This document shows positions 38,508 to 46,635 of a stretch of 64,000 nucleotides of DNA, piece by piece. The notes under the pieces were generated by a model. The model was not told where the DNA came from. It saw only the letters and a program-made list of their open reading frames with translations, and did no database searches. A program made the translations under genes and the position numbers. The stretch is from NCBI GenBank assembly GCA_965198115.1, contig OZ240241.1, forward strand, positions 2,944,001 to 3,008,000, written 5' to 3'. Numbering within the stretch: position 1 is the stretch's first letter; each line of letters starts with the position of its first letter. This stretch comes from Candidatus Latescibacterota bacterium. Lineage in GTDB: Bacteria; Latescibacterota; UBA2968.

Positions 38508-39803
38508 AAGGGTTTGCCACGAAATAAGTGCTGCACTTTTCAAGGTAATGATCTTACGCTCGGAGTGTGGACGTCGAAACTCTCCGAACGAAGTATGAAG
38601 CCTTGGCTCCGGTGCTGACGGAACGCACGCGTCGTCTGTGGGCCGCCACGGAAGCCGAAGCGTTGGGTCACGGTGGGATCGCGATTGTGGCTCTGGCGAC
38701 AGGAATGTCCAGAGAGCGGATCTTTCGTGGCATTCAGGAGTTGAGGTCGGACGAACCTTTGGACCCGGCTCGCATCCGGCGTCCAGGCGGCGGTCGTAAG
38801 CGGAAGGCCGACACGGACCCGACGCTGTGGCAGGACCTGAATGATCTGGTCGAGCCAACGACTGCGGGGTCGCCTGACGACAATCCTCTGAGATGGACAT
38901 CGAAGAGCACTCGCAAACTGGCCGCCGAGTTGCAAGCGATGGGGCATTCGGTGAGCCCCAGGATCGTTGCCAATCTCCTGCACGAACACGATTACACGCT
39001 GCAGGCGAATCGGAAGACAAGGGAGGGATCTGCACACCCGGATCGGGACGCTCAGTTCGTTTACCTCGATGATCGGATTAGCCAGCAGCAGCAGCAGGGC
39101 CTTCCCGTTATCTCGGTGGACACCAAGAAGAAAGAGTTGATCGGCGACTTCAAGAATCCTGGCCGAGAATGGCGACCCAAGGGAGACCCGGAGCGTGTGA
39201 AGGTACACGATTTCATAGTGCCTGCTCAGGGCAAGGCGATCCCTTATGGAGTGTATGATCTGAGCCGTGATGAAGGCTGGGTAAGTGTCGGTATCGATCA
39301 CGACACGGCCAGCTTCGCCGTGAATGCGATCCGAAGTTGGTGGAAGAACATGGGACGGCCCGCCTACGGCACTTCGACGCATCTGCTAATCACGGCGGAC
39401 GCAGGCGGCAGCAACGGCGCCAAGACGCGGCTGTGGAAGTGGGAGCTGCAGCGCTTTGCGAATCGCACTGGCCTGACGATCACCGTATGCCACTACCCTC
39501 CTGGCACTAGTAAGTGGAACAAGATCGAACATCGCCTGTTCTCCTTCATCGCTATGAACTGGCGAGGCAAGCCCCTGGTCAGCCTGGCTGCAACCGTGAA
39601 TCTCATTGCCGGAACGACCACTCAAGCCGGTCTCCGAGTACGCTCCGAGATCGACAAGCGACCCTACCCTAACGGGGTCAAGGTGACCGATGAACAGATG
39701 ACCCAAATCGATCTCACTCCGCACGATTTCCACGGCGACTGGAACTACACGATCCGGCCAATGGCTCAACATTGAGATCGACCGTTTATTTATTCGCGAA
39801 CCC
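38508..39803 (+). mobile_element. ISAzo13-family element
   Basis: IRs AAGGGTTTGCCACGAAATAA / TTATTTATTCGCGAACCC. Confidence 0.9.
38567..39775 (+). CDS. ISAzo13 (Rhodopirellula-type) transposase
   Basis: RIRRPGGGRK, PLRWTSKS, HPDRDAQF, ISVDTKKKE, ITADAGGSN and PPGTSKWNKIEHRLF. Confidence 0.95.
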   Translation: MDVETLRTKYEALAPVLTERTRRLWAATEAEALGHGGIAIVALATGMSRERIFRGIQELRSDEPLDPARIRRPGGGRKRKADTDPTLWQDLNDLVEPTTAGSPDDNPLRWTSKSTRKLAAELQAMGHSVSPRIVANLLHEHDYTLQANRKTREGSAHPDRDAQFVYLDDRISQQQQQGLPVISVDTKKKELIGDFKNPGREWRPKGDPERVKVHDFIVPAQGKAIPYGVYDLSRDEGWVSVGIDHDTASFAVNAIRSWWKNMGRPAYGTSTHLLITADAGGSNGAKTRLWKWELQRFANRTGLTITVCHYPPGTSKWNKIEHRLFSFIAMNWRGKPLVSLAATVNLIAGTTTQAGLRVRSEIDKRPYPNGVKVTDEQMTQIDLTPHDFHGDWNYTIRPMAQH

Positions 39804-40448
39804 GGTTATCGAGAGTCTACAGAATCCTGGCTCACGGTGCTCCGGGATCTCCGGGATCGCGGGCTCGAACATCCTGTCCTGATCGCCGCGGACGGGAATA
39901 TGGGCATCTGGGCGGCCGTTGATCAGGTCTGGCCAGAGAGCCGGCAACAACGGTGCTGGAACCACAAGATCCTCAACGTGCTCGACAAGGTCGCCAAGCG
40001 TGCACAGGCTGAAGCCCGCGCACTGCTCGTCCAGATCCCCTATGCCGGCACGAAAAAGGAGGCCGAGAAGCTCCGGAAACGCTTTGCCGCACGGTATCGC
40101 TCACAGTTCCCTGCCGCCGTGGAGACGCTCGAAAGAAACTGGGATCGGATGGTCACGTTCTACGACTTCCCGAAGGAACACTGGAAACACCTGAGAACCA
40201 CGAACGTCGTCGAGAGCCCCTTTGCTTCCGTTCGGCTTCGCACAAACGCCGCCAGGCGATTCAAGAAAGTCAGGAACGCCACGGCTCTCATCTGGCGTAC
40301 GCTCAAGGTCGCAGAGAGCCGATTCAGGAAACTCACCGCGCCACACTTGCTACAACAAGTCTACGATCAGAAACACTCAACCGGACCGCAGGTCGAAACC
40401 GGGAAGATGGCCGCCTGATTTCTTTTACACACCTATTGACCTGAGCTC
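39798..40448 (+). mobile_element. IS256 3' half
   Basis: Matches the reverse complement of 2163-2813, including the terminal IR. Confidence 0.9.
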
Positions 40449-41428
40449 ACCAGATCTCTACCTGGTTTAGCCAGGAGGCATACGTTGGTGTGTAGTGCAC
40501 GTGGTATCTTTTACGTGAGGTGAGCCAACGTTTGACGTTCTGGTGCTTGTGAGTGCCGTAGTTATCGACGACCAGATGGATGTCGAGATCCTTCGGGACG
40601 TTTTTGTCAATGTGCTTGAGGAACTGAAGGAACTCTCTGTTGCGATGTCTGGGCTTGCACTGAGTCAGGACTTTTCCTGATGCGATGTTGAGCGCCGCAA
40701 AGAGGGTAGTCGTGCCGTGCCGTGTATAGCTGTGAGTGACGCCCTCGACATACCCGAGGCCCAAAGGGAGAATCGGTTGCGTCCGTTCGAGTGCTTGAAT
40801 CTGGCTCTTCTCGTCTATGCAGAGCACCATTGCGTTGTCCGGCGGGTTCAGGTATAAACCGACGATATCCCTGACTGTCTCGACGAAGAAGGGATCGTTC
40901 GACAGCTTGAAGTGCTTCTGACGATGCGGCTGCAGTCCAAAGGCTCTCCATACACGTTGCACTGTGGACTTTGAGAGGCCCGTCTCATCGGCCATCGCTC
41001 GACAGGTCCAGTGGGTGGCATTCTTCGGCTTCTTCTTGAGCGTCTTGTAGATGAGTGAGGAGATCTCTTCGTCGCTAACGGACCGCGGACCACCAGGACG
41101 TAACTCGTCATACAGTCCCATCAAGCCTTGCTCGCAGAAGCGACGGCGCCATTTGCCAACGGACGCTCCGGACAACCCGACTCGTTCGGCGATCTCCTGA
41201 TTGGTCAGACCACCATCGCTCAGCAGGACGATCTTCGCCCGACGCACCAGAGCGTGAGGCATGCTGCGCGAACCGGACAACGACTGGAGTTGATCGCGGA
41301 CTTCATCACTGATGTTCAGTGGTTGTAACGGACGACCTCTTGCCATCGGTTCCTCCTCACAATGAGTGCCTGAGGAACCTTACGACTGTATCACGAATTT
41401 TTCTAGTTATTCCTGAGACGAGACACTA
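40449..41428 (-). mobile_element. Second IS630-family element; transposase (start 41346) truncated by IS256
   Basis: RRAKIVLL, THWTCR, FKLSNDP, CIDEKSQIQALER, YTRHGTTTLFAAL and WLNQVEIW cut at the IS256 end. Terminus TAGTGTCTCGTCTCAGG. Confidence 0.9.
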
Positions 41429-41972
41429 GGGCCACGTTCAGTAGGGGACCCACGGTTGGCGGGTCTACGCAATAGGAAACCACCACGGCTCCAGCGTCGA
41501 CGCGGGCATCCACGTCGACCGCGATCTCATCTCTGCTGGCGAGCTGATCGGCGATCGCCGCTACGGCCATCCTTCGCCGGCTCCCTACGAATGCGATGCG
41601 TCCATCCACGATCATCTGTGGCGTGTAAAAACGGCTGCGCAGGGCCCGGGCGTAGGATCTCTGTCGGTCCGAGAAGGCGGCATCGCTGAGGCGATCGATC
41701 CAGCCAAGATAATTCCAGTAGTCCACGTGAAACGCCAGCAGATAGACCGAATCTGCTTCGTGTTTCTTCGCCAGCTCACCCACGAGCCGATCGGCCGGTG
41801 GACAGCTGCTGCATCCCTCCGACGTGAAGAGCTCCACGACGACCGTCTGAGGATCTGACGCCCCGACAGGCGTCGTCAGGCAGCACATCAGAAAACCCGG
41901 CGCAGCCATTCCCCATAGGAGCATGTACTTCAGCGTCGTCCTACCCCGTTCGCTCATCCGTTCTGTCATCAC
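41429..41972 (-). pseudogene. DUF1223 thioredoxin-like secreted protein, 3'-truncated by IS630
   Basis: VVELFTSEGCSSCPPAD, FHVDYWNYLGW and YTPQMIVDG. Confidence 0.85.
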
Positions 41973-42054
41973 TGAGTCACTCGATGGCTCGCTGGACCCT
42001 TCGACTTCTTAGGAGCGGACTCCCGCTGCTCACACAGAATGCGGGAGGCGATGT

Positions 42055-43038
42055 CTACAGTTCTTCGACGGCCTGTAGGGCGGCGTGGATGTATCCGTAA
42101 GAATAGGCAAACCCGACCTTCGAGGCTTCGAGGCCACTGATACCGGGCACGTGGTCAGGCATGATCATGTAAGGATAGCCGACATCCTTGTAGACTTTCA
42201 GTGCCCGAACCATGTTCACGTCACCCTCGTCCGGGAACACCTCGACGAAGTTGCCCAGACCGCCCTTAATGTTTCGGAAATGTACGTTGAAGATTCTCTT
42301 CCGTTCGCCAAAGTAACGGATCACATCGAAAATCTCCTCCGCCGGATTCTCGAGGGCCTCGGACATGCAGCCCTGGCAGAAGTTGATACCGTTGTAGGGG
42401 CTGTCGTAGAGATCGATCAGTTTCTTGAATCCTTCGACCATACCCATAGGCCGCGCGACTCCCCGATAGGTATTCCCCACACCGATGCCTGGGTCGGAAG
42501 GATGGCAGGCCAGCTGGACTTTGTACTCTTCAGCGACGGGCATAATCTCCTTCAACCAGTGGTCGATGCGTTCCCACATCTCGTCTTCATCGGCCGGTCC
42601 CCCCTCGAATTCACCGAGCGACTGATCCAGCTTATCCAGTTGAAAGGTCGATACCGTGGCACCTCCACGACCCGTCGTCGATGGTGTTCGCAGGTGACCC
42701 AGAATCGTGATGTTGTAGTTCATGCCGCGGATGCCCGCCTCACTCGCCATCCGGACGGTCTCCTTCATCCAATCGATCTGTCGATCCCGCTCGTCGCTCG
42801 GCTTCAGGAAGATCGCACCGGCCTCATTCACAAAGGCGCTGCCGGAAGCCAAGGGAACGTGGATCATTTCCATGGTGATGTCGTGTTTCTCCCAGCGATC
42901 CTTTTTCTCCTTCAGCATGTCCGCCGTCCAGTCCTTCCAAGGTTCAGACGGAGTATGATCGATGTTCCTAAGACCCAGCTGACAAAGGACTTGCATTTCT
43001 TCGTTGGTCAGGTCGCTGTACTGCGATCCGATGTACAT
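42055..43038 (-). CDS. uxuA: Mannonate dehydratase family protein
   Basis: PVAEEYKVQLACHPSDP, NGINFCQG, VHFRNI, FPDEGDVNM and IMPDHVP. Confidence 0.8.
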   Translation of the reverse strand: MYIGSQYSDLTNEEMQVLCQLGLRNIDHTPSEPWKDWTADMLKEKKDRWEKHDITMEMIHVPLASGSAFVNEAGAIFLKPSDERDRQIDWMKETVRMASEAGIRGMNYNITILGHLRTPSTTGRGGATVSTFQLDKLDQSLGEFEGGPADEDEMWERIDHWLKEIMPVAEEYKVQLACHPSDPGIGVGNTYRGVARPMGMVEGFKKLIDLYDSPYNGINFCQGCMSEALENPAEEIFDVIRYFGERKRIFNVHFRNIKGGLGNFVEVFPDEGDVNMVRALKVYKDVGYPYMIMPDHVPGISGLEASKVGFAYSYGYIHAALQAVEEL

Positions 43039-43197
43039 AATGCCTCCTCAAGGCGTCGATTGGCTGGTGCGATGACGTTGAATGATAATCGATTCTGTTC
43101 AGTGGCCAACAGAAGCCTGCAGCCAGTCGTTCCCGTACACGAAGAGTGCCGCGAGCGATTTGCCCGCGGCAGGATTATCATCGCAGAACACCGTCAG

Positions 43198-44460
43198 TCA
43201 GGGTAGATACGGAATCGTCAGCGGGCCGTCCGGCAGGACGGCCACTCGGCGCTCGGCGCAATCCTCGAGTGCCTCTGCAACCGCGGCATCCACATCTTCG
43301 ACTACATTCATCTTGCAGGCCTCGATGTCTTCTCGGGGCACGTCCGATCGCACGCGGATGTCCGAACGCTCCAGGATGCCGGCCAGGATCTGCGCCTGCC
43401 ATTGGTCGAGGATTGGCCGTTCGAGCGCGTGAATCGCGGCCAGGACATCCGCCGGCGTCTCTCCCTCCCGCATGATCTCCGCGAAGTTCCCGTGATCGGG
43501 CACGCCATCGCTGCATTCGCTCGCAACGAGGATGGTCCCGCCATCGGAAACGATCCGGGAGGCCGCCGAGATCCCTTTCACCGTCTGATACAGGTTCTGG
43601 TCGAGCGGGAAACCACTGTTCGACGTCACCACCACCGGAAAAGCCCGCGGAACGGCCTGCATCGATGCCGTCTTGACCGCCTCGCACCCCTTACGATGCG
43701 CCTCGACATAGTGGCCGAGATAAAAGCCCGAGATCGTCTTCTCCGCGTTCAAGGTCACGTTCACCGTGAAATCGGGCGGGATCATCTCCACCGCCTCGGC
43801 GATTTCGTCCTGAATCGGATTCCCTTCGATCACACCCCACGTGCTGTTCGGGTGGCCGATCAGGTCGGCCCGGTGCAACTTCAGGATCGTATCGATCCCA
43901 GCCACGCCCGGCGCGATCCCCTTCGCCCCGCCCGAGAATCCGACGAAGAAGTGAGGCTCGATGAACCCGACCACGATCCGTCGATCGGCTTCGACATACG
44001 CCGTGTCCAGGTAGACGTCCGTCCCGAACGAGGTGACCCCCGTTTTGACGTTACGGCATTCGTCGAAGGCGTCGTGGTTCACGATCTTCACACGCTCTGC
44101 CACATCCCCGAACATGGAATGGATCTCTGCTTCTGTGTTCGGCCGATGCGTGCCCGTCCCGATCAGAACCGTCACTTGTTCATCTGCCACACCAAGAGAC
44201 TCGATGATCCACGGAATGAGCTGTCTATTGGGCACGGGTCGTGTGCCATCGGATGTGACGATGACGACGCGGTCGCCTGATTCTGCGACGGTGTGGAGCG
44301 GGTCTGCTCCTGTCGGATCGTTCGCCGCCTGGCGGAATCCGCCGACAGGGTCAGGATGCGCGGCCTCAAAAGTGGGACGGAAGACCTCCCAATCCGCCAG
44401 AGCCGGATCCGCGCGCAGCGGGAGCGTGCCCTTTCCGTATGCAATGTCAATGGACTTCAT
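43198..44460 (-). CDS. larA: Nickel-pincer-dependent lactate racemase family (LarA homologue)
   Basis: SDGTRPVP, GTGTHR, NHDA, IEPHFFVGFSGGAK, PLDQNLYQTVKG and DQWQ. Confidence 0.9.
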   Translation of the reverse strand: MKSIDIAYGKGTLPLRADPALADWEVFRPTFEAAHPDPVGGFRQAANDPTGADPLHTVAESGDRVVIVTSDGTRPVPNRQLIPWIIESLGVADEQVTVLIGTGTHRPNTEAEIHSMFGDVAERVKIVNHDAFDECRNVKTGVTSFGTDVYLDTAYVEADRRIVVGFIEPHFFVGFSGGAKGIAPGVAGIDTILKLHRADLIGHPNSTWGVIEGNPIQDEIAEAVEMIPPDFTVNVTLNAEKTISGFYLGHYVEAHRKGCEAVKTASMQAVPRAFPVVVTSNSGFPLDQNLYQTVKGISAASRIVSDGGTILVASECSDGVPDHGNFAEIMREGETPADVLAAIHALERPILDQWQAQILAGILERSDIRVRSDVPREDIEACKMNVVEDVDAAVAEALEDCAERRVAVLPDGPLTIPYLP

Positions 44461-44493
44461 GTCGTCGTTTTGAATTGTTACTTGCAGTTTGCG

Positions 44494-45210
44494 TCAACAC
44501 CCTAGTTTGTCCGCCAAATCGTGGAAGTCCCTGCCCCACACGTCTATCCAGTCCTCCGGATCGATGTCGCGAGGTGCGTTCGGATTCCGCTCGGACGGTC
44601 GTTGGACGAAACCCGTTCTGAATCCTACGCTCGCCGCGGCTCTGAGATCTCCCTTGTGCGCAGCCATCATCATCACCCGTTCCGGGGGCTCGGACAGGAA
44701 CTCGGCAGCCGCGAGGTAGGTCTCCGGATCGGGCTTGTAGTGGCGCGTAAGTTCCGCCGAAAGGATGCAATCCCAGGGCAACCCACCGTGCTTGGCCATG
44801 TGTGTCAGGAGTGAGACATTGCCGTTCGACAGGGTCGCGATCACATATCGAGACTTGAGCCGCTGCAGGGCACCGACCGCATCCGGCCACGGGTCAAGTC
44901 GGTGCCACACGCGGTTCAGATGGTCGAGTGTGGCCTCATCCAACCCCGCCAGCCCGAACTCGTCCAGCAGACCGTCGAGGATCATTCGATGCAGGTCGTC
45001 GATCTTGGTCCAGGGCAGCTCACCCTTCCGCACGCGATCCATCGACGGCCCATACCCTCCACGCCACGCGTCGGCGAACGCCTCCCAATCGGCGTCGATC
45101 CCGTGCGTTTCCCCGAGCAGCCGGCCTTCGCGAATGATCGTCCCACGCCAGTCCACGACCGTCCCGAAGACGTCGAATGTCATCGCTCGTACTTGAGTCA
45201 TGTCGTTCAC
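44494..45210 (-). CDS. Haloacid dehalogenase type II
   Basis: FDVFGTVVDWR, LSNGN, YKPDPETY and AAHKGDL. Confidence 0.9.
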   Translation of the reverse strand: MNDMTQVRAMTFDVFGTVVDWRGTIIREGRLLGETHGIDADWEAFADAWRGGYGPSMDRVRKGELPWTKIDDLHRMILDGLLDEFGLAGLDEATLDHLNRVWHRLDPWPDAVGALQRLKSRYVIATLSNGNVSLLTHMAKHGGLPWDCILSAELTRHYKPDPETYLAAAEFLSEPPERVMMMAAHKGDLRAAASVGFRTGFVQRPSERNPNAPRDIDPEDWIDVWGRDFHDLADKLGC

Positions 45211-45232
45211 GTCTCAAACTAAAAACAAGGCA

Positions 45233-45364
45233 GCCACTGAGCACACTGAGAACACAGAGAGATCTGAGGTCCGAGACGCCCAGCACCGCGGCGATCTCAC
45301 AGCTCAGACATCTTCTCCGTGTTCGGTGGTTCATCCCTCACTCATCCTCAGTGATCTCAGTGGC
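45233..45364. repeat. Hairpin element with 9-mer periodic arms
   Basis: GCCACTGAG-CACACTGAG-AACACAGAG ... CTCAGTGAT-CTCAGTGGC. Solo arms occur at 49563-49583 and 57411-57437. Confidence 0.7.
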
Positions 45365-46110
45365 CTGGTTTTTGGGCGACCGCGACCAGTCTTCGGGCTT
45401 TCTCGTCGTACGGGATCCCATCCAGGCCTCCGTAGAGCTTTACGTCTTCGAACCCCACTGAAATCAGGACGGCCTTCAGTTCGACGCCCGAATAGGCTCT
45501 GTGTCGGAATGTCATCTCGTGTCGATCGCCGTCCTTTTCAATCGCCCATGTACTCCGTATCCATTCCCAATCCGGTTCGACGGCTCGACTCTCTTCGATC
45601 TTGGACCCGTCAGGCAAGGTCTCCGAAGACTCAGGTGTGAAGGCACGTGCAACGACCTCCTTGCCCGACATGTCGAGCAGGACGCACCCGCCGGGCTTCA
45701 AGGAAGCGAACGTGTTGGCGAGCAGCCGTCGGTCCTCTCGGGGGTCCTCGAAGTAACCGAACGAGGTGTAGAGGTTCACCGCAGCATCGAACGCCTCCGG
45801 ACGCGAGAAGGTTCGTGCGTCTGCGACGAGCAGCTCCGGCGCGACGTTCGCCTCTCTCGCTTTCTGACTGGCGATCTCGATGAGCGCGAGGTTCGATCGA
45901 CTCCGGTAACTCCATAGCCCCGTTTGGCGAACTCGATGACGTGCCGTCCGGTCCACAGCAGAGGTCCAGAATGTGCATCCCATCCGTGAGCCCCAGCAAG
46001 GATACCACTTGCTCTACTTCCGATCCGGCCGCCTCCCATCGACCCGAGTGAAACATGACCGGGTAGAAGGTTTCCCAGAACCCGTCGTCTTCGTGCCAGA
46101 CGGCGCCCAC
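45357..46110 (-). pseudogene. Class I SAM-dependent methyltransferase with two 1-nt frameshifts (~45950, ~45888)
   Basis: ILDLCCGP / GRHVIEFAKRGYGVTGVD / LIEIA..FDAAVNLYTSFGYF..LKPGG spread over three frames. Confidence 0.85.
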
Positions 46111-46113
46111 GGG

Positions 46114-46557
46114 TCACGAGAGCCTTTCGCCCTTAAAGCACCGCTCGAGCGTGTCGTTTGGCAAACCGCCCAACTCGATGCAGGTCGCCAGGAAATCCCA
46201 GGCATTCCATCCTTCCTGTAGCTTACCTTCCGCCATCCTGATGACGCCACCGCCGTGAATGTGGGCAACGGCGCCTGTGCCGGCTGACACGACGCGGAAG
46301 GTACCATAGAGGGCGACCCGGTCCCCGACGCCGAAACAATGGGTTTCTTCGAACGACATCTCACAAAACGTCTCGTGGAAGAGGTGAAAGAGCGGCTTGA
46401 AGCCCGCCGGCCCCTTGATGGGTTCCGGCCCCAGCCCGTGCGCCAAACCGTCTTCCGCGAACAATTCGTCGATCGTGGCCTCTCGCTTCTCACCCCACAC
46501 CTCGCGAAACCATCGCCGCACGGCCTCGACATTGGCCTTTTCCAGTCTCTCACTCAC
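46114..46557 (-). CDS. SnoaL-like ester cyclase family protein
   Basis: NVEAVRRWFREVW..IDELFAED and EGWNAWDF. GTG start after AGGAG. Confidence 0.8.
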   Translation of the reverse strand: MSERLEKANVEAVRRWFREVWGEKREATIDELFAEDGLAHGLGPEPIKGPAGFKPLFHLFHETFCEMSFEETHCFGVGDRVALYGTFRVVSAGTGAVAHIHGGGVIRMAEGKLQEGWNAWDFLATCIELGGLPNDTLERCFKGERLS

Positions 46558-46635
46558 TGCATCAGCACTCCTTGCCCCCGGAAGTGACACCAGCCCACAA
46601 AGCCTGGAATCCAAGTGCCCGCCTCGTCAGCTTGC

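Noticed and set aside
42085-44280. Long antisense ORFs (also 15367-16563, 53000-54007, 55517-56638)
   Set aside because: They are shadow frames of well-supported genes in GC-rich DNA and show no motifs.
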